Below are positions 1 through 11,296 of a stretch of 64,000 nucleotides of DNA, piece by piece. The position numbers and the translations under genes were made by a program. Within the stretch, counting starts at the first letter, position 1. The number at the start of each line of letters is the position of its first letter. The notes under the pieces were generated by a model, which made no database searches, had not been told where the DNA came from, and saw only the letters and a list, made by a program, of their open reading frames with translations. This DNA comes from Octopus sinensis (lineage: Eukaryota): assembly GCF_006345805.1 (NCBI RefSeq), contig NC_042998.1, positions 148,304,001 to 148,368,000 on the forward strand, written 5' to 3'.

Positions 1-122
1 AAGCAACAACACAAACAGCAACAACAAGGACAACAGCAGCAGCAACAGCAACAACAATAGCAACAACAACAACAACAACAACAACAAAAAAACAAAACAA
101 AAAAACAACAACAACAACAACA
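1..122. repeat. (CAA/CAG)n microsatellite
   Basis: Direct reading of caacaacaa/cagcag units. Confidence 0.95.
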
Positions 123-533
123 GTATTATGCGATGTGACCCCTAGCGACATTTTCTAAAATATTCTTAGATATAATGGAATAACGCACCTTGCCTTCAAG
201 AACCGAGTAGTTGACGAGTACTGGCAGTGCTGAATTTAATTCTCCACTCGGCCAGACAAACATATAAATCTCAGTTGGACATTGAAATCTTCTCATTTAG
301 AGTTATTTAACCTCGGTTCACACAACAGGAAGACGAACAATACCAGAGGTTGAAATAGCAATGGATTACGTGATCACACTTCTGTCATTGTTGCTGCTGC
401 TGCTACTACTAATCGATCTCTTCATAACAGAATACAGTGGGTGTATAACTGTAACTGTACAGTGTTTTTATTACTAGATTATCAGGGCATTGTTAATTAC
501 TGGGTTATTATTATGTATTGGGGCATTATTAAA

Positions 534-862
534 GGCGCATGGCACAGTGTTTAGTGCGTTGGGCTCACAATCAGGAAGTACTGAGTTCGATTCCTGGACC
601 GGGCTGTGTGTGTTGTGTTCTTGAGCAATACACTTTATTTTTCACGTTTCTCCAATTCACCCAGCCGTAGAAATGATTTGCTGCGTCACTAGTTCCAAGG
701 TGTATCGGCGTTTGCTTTTCCCTTAGATAACATCGGTGAACTGGAGAGGAGAGGCTGGTATGCATGGGTGACTGCTGGTCTTCCATAAACAACCTTGCCC
801 AGAATTGTGCCTCGGAGGGGAAATTTTTAGGTGCAATCCCTTGACCGAAGGGGTCTTTACCC
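534..862 (+). mobile_element. tRNA-derived SINE, family A
   Basis: A-box-like tggcacagtgtttag, B-box gagttcgattcc, body gtgttcttgagcaa...ggtgcaatccc...gaccgaagggg. Homologous copies at 5865-6158 (-) and 18561-18900 (+). Confidence 0.85.
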
Positions 863-976
863 TTTTTATTAATTACTTGGACATAATTAAGTAGTCTCCA
901 CTGGCACAGAACGAGGGAGAGAATTAAGAAAAGATAGAAGGAAAGACAGAAGGAAATAATATATCGATCCCATTGT

Positions 977-1118
977 TCAACTGGTACTTATTTTGTCGAA
1001 CTCGAAAGGTGAAAGGCAAAGACAAACTCGGCGGAATTTGAACTTAAAATGTGAAGATGACGAAATGCTGCTAAGCTTTTTACCCGGCATGCTAATGGTT
1101 CTGCCAGCTCGCCGCCTT
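977..1118 (-). mobile_element. SINE, family C (aaggcggcgagctggcaga head)
   Basis: Reverse strand begins aaggcggcgagctggcagaacc and contains gttcaaattccgccgag (B-box-like). Second copy at 3269-3463. Confidence 0.75.
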
Positions 1119-1611
1119 AAGCAGAAGAAAATACTGAAAGAAGGAAGAGAAGTATAATTCCAATTGCCGTCCCACGATGACAAACCTTGTTTTCGTAATT
1201 TAAGAGGGTCCCGCTGATACCCTTCTTTTCTGACAGATACACCATCATTCACATAGGCAGCGTACACTTTTCTCTATGTAGTTGCTTAATCTGTTAGGAG
1301 TAGTAGCCAAATTCCTCTCAAGTTACACACTGATTTTATTAAAAAATGCAGTACGAATCTGAAAAGAAAGAAAAGGACAGGAAGGTTATAGATCGAATGT
1401 TTGATAATAGATCTCTCCAATCATAGCTGATAGGGGTTAAAACTCAACGACAACAGCATTACTTTAACCAACAATTACTGCCACGTTTTCAACTTCCCCC
1501 ACCACTACCATCTCTTCTCCTTTAGCTCCAGTCCATAACTACTTTTATTATAAACACATCATAACTACTACAACTATAACCACAGTATTATTATATAATA
1601 GCACCTACTTA

Positions 1612-2445
1612 TAGGGTGGCCTAAAAGTCACTGAGGAGTTGCAATCTTTGCAAATTCTCTTACTTTTTAAAAATTTTGTTTTTCTTTTCAGGGATTTTAT
1701 GAAGTAGGTCCTGGAAATTTATTATAGAAAATATGGCAACGCATTATGCACCCAAGTAATGAAATTGTTCTATCAAAATCAGGGGTCAATTATTCAAACC
1801 CAGAGAGCACCAAAGAGAATTGAACCCCATAAAGTGTACAAAATGGTGTGCAATTACGTGTGGATGAGATAATCGGGCCTTATTTCTTTGAGGACGATGA
1901 TGGGAAAGCTGTCACTGTGACAGGTGAGCTGTACAGGTCCATGATAGAAAACATTTTGTGCTCGGCCTTTCAAAATAGGTCCGATATGTGGTTCCAGCAA
2001 GATGAGGTAACTGCTCATATCGCAAGAAAGACAATACTGAGACCATCTTTTGGAGAAAGAATCATCTCTCGTTACTGCGAATTCCCCACATTTGGCCAAC
2101 CTTGACTTGTGGGGAGACCTCAAGGGGAAGGTTTATGTCAACAAACCAGAAACTCTGGAGCAATTGAAGGAGAATATCACTAGAGAAATCAGGGAACTGG
2201 ACCCTAAAACCCTTACAACTGTCATGGAACGTATTTTGGAAAGGGCACGGATGTGTGAAGCTGAAAATGGATGCCATTTAAAATACGCAATATTTTTCAT
2301 ACGTAATACAGAGGTATGATAAAAAGGTTTAATGCAAATTAATCTCCATTGTCTCCTCTATATTGAATTATAATTTCATACACCTGTTTGTAAAAAAAGG
2401 GAGTTATTAAAAATAAAACCCCTCAATGACTTTTGGACCACCCTG
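1612..2445 (+). mobile_element. Internally deleted Tc1/mariner-superfamily transposon
   Basis: 25-bp TIRs: tagggtggcctaaaagtcactgagg (1612-1636) and cctcaatgacttttggaccaccctg (2421-2445), 4 mismatches. TA on both flanks (1610-1611, 2446-2447). Transposase remnant inside. Confidence 0.92.
1848..2319 (+). pseudogene. Frameshifted C-terminal half of a DD-x-D/E transposase (rosa-like motifs)
   Basis: IIGPYFFE, WFQQDEVTAH, DLWGDLKGKVYVNKPETLEQLK...C...GCHL across two overlapping ORFs. N-terminus and first catalytic Asp are absent. Confidence 0.85.
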
Positions 2446-3143
2446 TATTATCACCACAGTATCATACCAACACCATAACATTTATTATAACCGCATCGCA
2501 ACTACTACGATAACAACAGTATTATAACTACATCATAACTAGTACTATTTTAACCACAATCTTATAACTCCACTAATATTATTACAAGGAACCTATGCCC
2601 ATTACAATCAACGCATTATCAATCATCATGCCCTTCTTTGACTTGATAAATATTCCAAGTTCTTAGCGAAGTGTGCTGTCACCGATATTGATCCTTAATG
2701 ATAATATATTAACATTTTTCGCATTGTCACTTGTTTGTGGCACTATCAGTACTCAATTTATCAAGTCAAAGAATTGCCCTCTTGGCGACAATCAACAAAA
2801 AGAATAGAAAAAGCTGAAAGCAAAATGTTAATTCCTGTCTGAATCATAAAGATCTCTTTAGGCGATTCCGTGTGCCTGTTGGCGTAATGTTAAGCAGATG
2901 AGGCATACGTTTATTTTCCCTGGATAGTTGCAAATAATTTTACCCCGTGGGAAGAAGTGGACTGAGGATTGCGAGCTAAAGAATAATTCCCTCAATTTAT
3001 TGGGTAACCTTTACCTACATTTACTGAATTATATCAGTGATGTCCAATTTTTATCTAACACAATTCCTTATATATTTTTATATCGTTCATCACACATCCA
3101 GTATTGACTAAATATAACCAAAACTCTATGTTTAAGTAAAATA

Positions 3144-3197
3144 CTCCTCCTCCTCTTCCTCTTCTTCCTCTTCCTCCTCCTCCTCCTCCTCCTCCTC

Positions 3198-3257
<60 letters not shown>

Positions 3258-3268
3258 ATAATAATAAT
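3144..3268. repeat. Compound (CCT)n-(ACT)n-(AAT)n microsatellite
   Basis: Direct reading. Confidence 0.95.
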
Positions 3269-3463
3269 TCTTTCTAATTTTTGGCACTAGGCCAGTGATT
3301 TTGAAGAGAAGGGCAAGTCTATTACATCAGCCCCAGTGCTCCAACTGGTAATTATTTTATCGATACGGAAACGATGAAAAGCAAAGTCTTCCTCGGCGGA
3401 ATTTGAACTCAGAACATAAAGAAGGACGAAATGCCGCTAAGCATTGTGCCAGCTCGCTGCCTT
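3269..3463 (-). mobile_element. SINE, family C
   Basis: Homologous to 977-1118 (caactggta.ttatttt.tcga, ctcggcggaatttgaact, tgccagctcgc.gcctt). (TAA)-like repeats on both flanks. Confidence 0.75.
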
Positions 3464-3509
3464 AATAATAACAATGATAGGCTCTCTCACCGAAGACAAC
3501 GTATGAGCG

Positions 3510-3771
3510 TTCATCATTTGCCGAACGACCTGCACAAATGATTTATTCATAGTGATCAAATGTATGTGCTGTACATTAGCTCACTCCCTCCATCAAATTG
3601 ACGTTGCTAGAACAGATGCACGGTGTACCATGTGTCAGGTATCGAAGTGATCGTAGAGCAACGTGAGATGAAGTGTTTTGCTCAAGAACACAACGCACCA
3701 CCCGGTCTAGGAATTAAAATCGCGATCGCTAGATCGCGAGTGCAACACCATAACCGCTAAGATATACGCCC
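3510..3771 (-). mobile_element. tRNA-derived SINE sharing the family A head/core, different body
   Basis: gcaacgtgagatgaagtgttttgctcaagaacacaacgca...cccggtc matches the reverse complement of the family A core. The distal part differs. Confidence 0.7.
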
Positions 3772-3778
3772 TCACTAT

Positions 3779-3779
3779 G

Positions 3780-3830
<51 letters not shown>

Positions 3831-3912
3831 TAATAATAATAATAATAATAAGCCATTAATTATTACAATAATAATAATAGCCATTAATTATAATAATAAT
3901 AATAATAATAAT
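3779..3912. repeat. (TAA)n array at the 5' junction of the Dong/R4 LINE
   Basis: Long taa run interrupted by agccatta motifs. Confidence 0.9.
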
Positions 3913-5797
3913 AGCCATTAACAAGGTAGCACCAACAATTATAAAATACATAGGGCACTCTATGAATAAATGGCAGACAGTGCTACAACTCCAAACAAAA
4001 GAGGGACTCGTGAAAACCAAAGCCATCCCCATTAGAAGAGGAGTATTCCAGGAGACACACTCTCTCCACTCCTTTTCTGCTTGGCACTGTCACCTCTATC
4101 TGATTTGCTAAATAGAACTGGATGCGGATATAAATGTTACGGCAAAACGATCAGCCACCTTTTAAATATGGATGACCTAAAACTATACGCTACAAATGAC
4201 AAACAGCTGGAAACACTACTAAAGACAGTTCATGGTTTTACCAAAGAAATTTATATGAAATTTGGATTAGAAAAATACGCCAAAGTAACCCTGAAAAGAG
4301 GAAAACTAGTTAAAAGTAGCAACATCACACTAGATAAAGCCAATGAAATAAGAGAATTAGACAAAGCCAAACTTACAAATATTTAGGAATCCATGAACTA
4401 GATAAGACACAACACACACAAATGAAAGAGAAAATAAAGAAAGAATACTATAGACAAGTTAGATCAATACTAAAAACAGAGCTCAATGCAAAAAACAAGA
4501 TAATAGGTATTAACACTTTAGCCGTCCCAGTTATAAGTTACAGCTACAATATCCTTAACTGGACGCTAAATGAACTAACTAAAATAGATAAGCAAACAAG
4601 AAAAAATAATGACAGGATCTAGGATGTATCACCCAAAATCTGACATGGTGGTAGAGGCCTTATACAGCTGGAAAACTATTATAAAATATCCACCATAGGA
4701 CTGCAAAAATACCTACTTCAGAAGGAAGGAAAACTTATACAAATAGCGGCAAAACACGAGCAAAACAAAAAACTGTTCTCAGTATTTAAGGAAGCTGACA
4801 AATACAAACAAGATACCATACCACCAAACAAATATGAAGAAGAAGAAGAAGAAGAAGAAGAAGAAGAAGAAGAAGAAGCTATAAAGCAAATGAAATCAAA
4901 ACTAAAATTAGAACAGCAACGGAACATGATAAAACGATGGCAAAAAAGCCCCTTCATGGTAAATACTGGACTAAACTAAACGCAAAAGAAATAGACAAAG
5001 AAAAATCCCAGCAATGGTTGAGAAGCTCAGGACTCAAGCAGAGACAGAGGGATTTTTAATTGCAGCACAAGACCAAAGCCTCCCACCAGAAATTACTAAA
5101 AACATGTAATGAAAAGAAATATAACAAGTAACTGCAGAATATGTGGAGATGGACAAGAAACAATAAATCATATTATCTCTGGCTGCTCAGTCCTGGCTAA
5201 GAAGGAATATATTCACAGACATGACAGAGTTGGAACCTACATACACTGGAAGCTATGCCAACATTATGGAATAACAACAGAAAAAAGATGGTATAGGCAC
5301 ACACCAGAAAATGTCACAGAAAACGAGAAAGCAACCATACTCTGGGATATGCCGATACACACAGATAGAGAAATTATGGCCAACAGACCAGATATAGTTG
5401 TCAGAGATCATGAAGAAAAAAAATGCTTTCTAATTGATGTATCAATACCGGCAGATGACAACGTGTCTCTAAAAGAAATGGAGAAACTTTCAAAATACAA
5501 AGACCTGGAAATAGAGGTAACCAGAATGTGGAATCTAAAAACAAAAACAATTCCTATCATAGTAGGTGCATTAGGCATGATAAAAACATATTCAGGCAAA
5601 TACATAAAAAAAAACACCAGGACTTACAAACACATATAACATACAGAAAATTGCACTACTAGGCACTGCACACATCCTACGCAGAACACTTTCCATATAA
5701 TAATCATCAGAGCATCACAACAAATCACAGCACATACCTAAGGCACACAGAGCTGCGCTCAGTAGTGAAGTGAAAGCACGCCATAAAAATAAAACTA

Positions 5798-5800
<3 letters not shown>
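3913..5800 (+). mobile_element. 5'-truncated R4/Dong-clade LINE (RT plus restriction-like endonuclease), degenerate
   Basis: RT motifs RGVFQ-(G)DTLSPLLFCLALSPL and HLLNMDDLKLY. CCHC finger CRICG..QETINHIISGC, RHD, and RLE PDIVV..CFLIDVSIP...EKLSKYKDL. Ends aaactactg followed by (AAT)n. Several frameshifts. Confidence 0.92.

Positions 5801-5864
<64 letters not shown>
5801..5864. repeat. (AAT)n tail/target of the Dong LINE
   Basis: Direct reading. Confidence 0.95.
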
Positions 5865-5867
<3 letters not shown>

Positions 5868-6158
5868 GGATTGCACCTAGAAAGTTACCCTCCTAGACAC
5901 AAGTCCGGGCAAGGTTGTTTATGGAAGGCCAGCAATCGCCCATGCATACCAGCCTCCCCCCTCCACGACACCAGTGTTATCCAAGGGAAATACAAAGGTC
6001 GGTACAGCTTGGCACCAGTGACGTCGCAACTCATTTCTACAGCTGAGTGAACTGGAGCAACGTGAAATAAAGTGCCTTGCTCGAGAACACAACACGCAGC
6101 CCGGTCCGGGATTCGAGCTCACAACCTCACGATCGTAAGCTCGACGCTCTAACCACTG
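5865..6158 (-). mobile_element. tRNA-derived SINE, family A, lacking its first ~11 nt
   Basis: Reverse-complement homolog of 534-862. Confidence 0.85.
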
Positions 6159-7848
6159 GTTTACATGAAGATAAACATGGACAGCACAGGACAAAAAACA
6201 AAAAATGTGTGTGTATATGTGCGTGTGAGTAGTGTTTTGCGTGTAAACAAGAGTAATAGAATTAAAGAAAAAAAAGGGAGATCAACAATGTGTAATCCTT
6301 ACGTTCGAGGTCTGCTGATGGAAAAACCGCATAAAAACCATGGGTCCCCTGACTTTTGGGACAGGTGCATTTTTCCGTTTCCTTTTCTCTTTCCAACTAC
6401 TAGCATATGCTCAGGGCAGGCCTTTTTACCCGTATCATTTTCGCCACTTTCATCCACCTTTCGGCAAACTGACTAGAAGGCAACACTTCCCTCTCTACCC
6501 TTATTTTTCTTTTCAAGTGAAACTTGAAGAAGTTTATCAGAGATTGACCAAAGAGAAAAGTGTTTGTCTCCAGCCCTTTCAATCCCGTCTACCACACAAC
6601 TTCTTTCGCCATGGCCACCAGGCATATAAAAACAGCTTTTCCTTCCCGGTTAAAGGAAGGTAGTGGGGGAGGCAATCTTCACGATGGATTCAGTTGACAG
6701 CCAGGTCCGTCCCACACGTGACATAAATCCACAGGTCAGCAATGCTCGGGCACTGGACGAGTGCATGTAGGACCATCTCGACGTCCTGTGCGCATCTCGG
6801 ACATGCTCGGCTGACGGCACTTCCGAGCCTGTAAAGTTTATCTCGAACAGGCAAAGCTCCCCCGTAGCACTGCCAGGCCAAATATTTTTGGAAATTGTCC
6901 ATTGGTCTTGGCTCGAAAGTTCTCCGGAAAAGAGGCTATCTGATCTTCGACGCCCAAGGTCTCCCAAAGAATGTCGTCGCACTTTTCCTCTGCTAATCCT
7001 CTATAAAAAGCTAAAGTGGACTTTCCACCTATCGCACTGTCCGATTGACTGACGTTTGTGAGTGCTTGAAGACATTACACTTTCCAAATGCTCCCCCTGG
7101 GTCTCTCTTTTACCCAGGACTGCAGTTCCGTTTAAGAAACAAGCTGCGGAAATACGGGTTTGGCGAACGGCGACCACACTTGCTCACCGTCAAGGAAGCA
7201 CTAGAGATGTCGTAGCCTTAGTCACTACGCAGCGGATGCTGACTGCGGGTAGACCGCCTGACCATCGGGACACGCCCCTGTACACTCCAGCATAATCAGT
7301 CGGTGGCCAGGACAAGACTCGAGAGTTAGGTGATAGTAGATGACTGATGCGATATACGCGTTAGCCACCTCTGCCCGACCTTTCAGAGACAGTTTTCTCT
7401 CGGCCCATTTCTGGGTAGGAGTACTCACCCTGTTCGTTACCTCGTCCCAATTCTTGTTCATCTGGAAGTCTGGACCGAACCAGATCACGAGCAATTTAAC
7501 CGGTCCGTCCGTCCAGCGCCCAACGACGCAATTGGACGGCATGGACTTGCTTCTCCAGGTGCCGAGCCGCAAGCTCACTGATTTTTCTTGGTTAATTGTC
7601 GCTCCTGAAACCGCCTCGTACTTCCTGAGAGCGGTGCCGATCATTTCTATGTGTTTATGATCCGACACCGCTACGGTGACCTCCTCGGCATATGCCGACA
7701 CGCATTTCCCACATCCTAGGTCACGCGGGATGCCGTAGTAGTAGCTCGGACGGAGCGCAAGATGTTGAACGGCTCTGAGAGGTGACCGTTCACTTTGACC
7801 ACTGAACAGATGTTGTTGTGCATTGCAGCGATTCAACCTCACATTACC
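6159..7848 (-). mobile_element. Degenerate 3' fragment of a Tx1/L1-clade LINE
   Basis: Translates to SAYAEEVTV, RWTDGPVKLL..WFGPD, KWAERKLSLKGRAEVANAYIASVIYY and CPRCAQDVEMVLHALVQCP, collinear with ORF2 at 35556-37613. The QGCPLS segment is deleted. Confidence 0.92.
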
Positions 7849-8237
7849 ACACCAATATCAATATCCACCAGCATAAACACCACCACCAACACCACCATCA
7901 CCACTGCTACTTTCAGACACAAGTCCTACCTTGGCCATTGATAGTAGCAACAAACAAAAGCGGGAGCGACTAGGTTGTCTGGTCTACTAAAAATAACAGG
8001 CAATATCTTTTAAGTTACGACTTCCGCTTTGAGAAAACCCCGAAAAGATGAATAACGCAAGTGATGGCTATGTAATGCCTGGTGAAAGTAGGAAATGGTC
8101 GTGGCAGGAAGATTTCTCTAGATTTAGGACTGTTCAGTCAGTGTTGGCTAACCTGATGCTAAACAACAGCAACATCTATGGTTACTAGCGTCACTTATTC
8201 ATGTGTGACTCCCACCACCTCTTCCTTCTCTTCCAAC

Positions 8238-8579
8238 CAGTGCTTTTCAACCTTTTTACCCTTGTGTAACCCTAAAGATAAATTACATGTCTCAAGGAAC
8301 CCCTGAACAAAAAAAAAATTATATATCATATCTTTCTCATATTTTTTCATCGTAGTTCACGTAGTAAATATTATATATATATATATGCACGCGCGCGCGC
8401 GCGCGCGCGTGTGTGTGTGTATACATAATATTACAATGTTACAATAACCAATATTATGCTGTGCATGTATAGTTTGTCTCCATTACGATCATGAAATTAG
8501 CATTAGCTTCTTTCACGGAACCCCTAGGAGCCTTTTGCGGAACCCTAGGATTCCAGGGAACCCCGGTTGAGAAACGCTG
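8238..8579. mobile_element. Non-autonomous hAT (Charlie-like) element
   Basis: TIRs cagtgcttttcaacc / ggttgagaaacgctg. Degenerate 8-bp TSD cttccaac (8230-8237) vs ttttcaac (8580-8587). Repeated ggaaccc subterminal motifs. Confidence 0.8.
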
Positions 8580-8647
8580 TTTTCAACAATACAAACTTTG
8601 ACGTGTCATGAAATAATAAGCAGTACTGAATCTGTTGGTCGCATCCA

Positions 8648-8900
8648 GTTAAGTTAAGTTAAGTTAAGTTAATTTTTTGGCTCAAAAAGCAAAAAGCAAG
8701 GCCATGTAGGGGGACATGGAGTTATGTTCAGGGAGGGTGTTCATGCAAAGAGTTCAGGCCATTTTTGGTCAAGAGAGACTTTGAACCGAGCGGTCGTCGG
8801 CATCTTCACTATCTCGTCCGGCAGCTTATTCCACAGATCCGCAACCCGGACGGAGAAAGCCCCTCTCCTTCGATTGAGATGAAATCGTCGAAGTACCTCT
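8648..8900 (-). mobile_element. CR1-clade LINE 3' end with (TTAAC)n tail
   Basis: Encodes RRFHLNRRRGAFSVRVADLWNKLPDEIVKMPTTARFKVSLDQKWPELF. Near-identical to 52027-52333. Confidence 0.88.
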
Positions 8901-9059
8901 GTATCCTGCGTTTGTCTGTGTTTGTTGAGTTTTGTTGCCGGGGACTACAAAGCAGCAGCAGCAATGGCAACAACAATATTGAGAATGATACATAAAAGGG
9001 CAGGATGGTCATAGTTGGAACGCTATTGATAAGAGTTTTGCTCAATCAGTACTTGCTTA

Positions 9060-9621
9060 CGGCTAAACATCACCATGAACAATGAGACGACAGCGACGAC
9101 GACGACAGTGACACAGAAAAAAAACCCCACCGACGCCACTACCAACACCACCACCACCACCACCACCACCACCACCATTATCATCATCATCACCACGGCC
9201 ACCACCACCACTACCAATATCACCACCACCACCACCACCACCATCATTGTCGTCGTCCTCGTTGTAGTCTTCGTCATTGCCAAAATTACTATAGAACCAT
9301 TATTGTAACTACTACTGGCTACCACCGACTCTACCACCACCATCACCTACATAATAACCATAACCAAGCGATAACAAAATATATATCACACACACACACA
9401 CACACACATGCACACACACTCTGAAAGAAGGACACTTTCACACATTCAAACACAAACACACCGACACACACGCATCAACACATCTATACAGGCACACATA
9501 CACACACACGCACACACGCACAAATACACATACACGCATTCACAGGCACACACACACACACAGGCACACGCGCACGCACACATACACACACAAACGCGCG
9601 TACACACACAAACACACACAC

Positions 9622-9670
<49 letters not shown>
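9060..9670. repeat. (CAC)n/(CAT)n then (CA)n low-complexity block
   Basis: Direct reading. Source of the poly-Thr/Val/His ORFs in the track. Confidence 0.9.
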
Positions 9671-9671
<1 letters not shown>

Positions 9672-10470
9672 GGGCGACCCCTAAGAAATTTCGTTCCACG
9701 TAACTCAGTGGAAGTCACTTCCTAATCAGAGAACGTTAGTCGTGGTCTGTGAGTGGTAAATGACTGGCGCCTATACGATTTAGAAGAGACAGGCAGGAGG
9801 TTTGCGATGGCGATTCGGAGGTTGGCAAGTTCACGGGAGAACTTCGTTACATGACCTCTCTTCACACGTAACTAATCAGAAGTTGGTGGCGCTAGTGGTA
9901 GTAATGGAGTTGGTGGTGATGGTGATGGTGATGATGGTGTTGGCGATGGTGACATTAGATGTGAGTTTGTGCTGGTACAATCTTCTATACAATGGCGGCG
10001 CTACGACGGCTGATGTTAATAAATGCAGAGAACGAACTGGTGTGATCACTTCAGAGGTGAATGGGGAGGAGGAGAAGTGGGAGGCTTAGGGAATGGATGG
10101 GGTTGGGGGTTAGGGGGAGAGGGTTGGCGCTTGTAAATCGATGGACTTTTAATCTACTCGATTTGTATGTAAGCACGGATATACGTGCGTATATACATAT
10201 GTACGTATGTATGCGTATGTATGTATCTGTGTATATATATACACACATACACACATATAAATTGATAGATATAGATATATCTATGCATATGTATATGTAT
10301 ATATATATATGCATACGTCCACATACACACACAGATACAGACACACACGCACACACACACATACACACATTTATGTTTGTGTATATCAGCGTAAGTATGA
10401 ATGTATGATTGCGATTATATGTTTGCGTGTTCATGTATGTTTATGTTGGTGTATTATATCTGAAAATGCG

Positions 10471-10523
<53 letters not shown>

Positions 10524-10846
10524 GTGTGTGTTTGTGTGTGTGCGTGTGTGTGTGCGTGAATGTGTTTTGACGGCTAAGTACAGATATAAATGCAAATTTA
10601 TATAGCAGTATTCACACATTCATTTGTATGTATAAGAGCATATCTTTTAGTGTTATGGCGTACAGAAAATACGTATGTATTATCGTGATGACAGCCTCAA
10701 ATAAGCACACACTTATAGGCGCACAAAATATTCTATGGTACCACGCTAATGTGAAATGTGTTTAAGTGAAAGAAAGAACTCAAATATTGTTTTGGCAGGA
10801 GTGGAATGATGTTCATTTGAGTGAGTTACTACTCAGAGTTTCACGT

Positions 10847-11030
10847 CTCTTTTACTTGTTTCACTCATTAGACTCCGGCCATGCTGGGGCACCGCCTTAA
10901 AGAACTTTTAGTCAAATATATCAACCCCAGCACTTTTTAAATGTGGTGCTTATTCTATCGATTTCTTTTGCTGAACCGCTAGATTACTGGGACGGAAACA
11001 CATCAATACTGGTTGTCAAACGGTGATGGG
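10847..11030 (-). mobile_element. 3' half of SINE family B
   Basis: cttttacttgtttca.tcatt.gact.cggccatgctgg.gcaccgcc...ggttgtcaa, homologous to 16795-16980 and 59890-60060. Confidence 0.75.
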
Positions 11031-11245
11031 GAGAGTAACGAAAACAGACAGAGACGCATATATATATATATTATATATATATATAATTAATCAAAGGACA
11101 TACTACGTATGTCTACCTGCTGGAAATAATAGTCAAAACTTTTATTTAAATCGCCAAAATACACTGATAATAAGTAGATAAATCAGCTGTCCGAAGGCAA
11201 ACGGAGTAAGACAATCTCTCAGCATACATTGAAGTATTTGGACTT

Positions 11246-11296
11246 ACGTGGACCGGTTTCTGGACTGGCATTACAGCCTCATCTTCCTCAGTACGC
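11246..11296 (-). ncRNA. Degenerate type I hammerhead ribozyme motif
   Basis: Minus strand: cgta-CUGAGGA-a-(ga..ggc/gcc..uc interrupted helix II)-GAAA-CCG-GUC-cacg. Helix I has a terminal mismatch. Confidence 0.5.

Noticed and set aside
121-420. Short open frames with possible splice sites (also 1180-1270 minus and 21895-22085)
   Set aside because: Weak acceptors or donors and no recognisable protein. Compatible with chance.
534-610. tRNA genes at SINE heads
   Set aside because: A/B boxes are present but there is no complete cloverleaf, and they continue into SINE bodies.
6150-6165. Tx1 targeting tRNA-like A boxes
   Set aside because: The missing SINE 5' nucleotides are not found at the other end of the Tx1 copy (~7850), so there is no target-site evidence.
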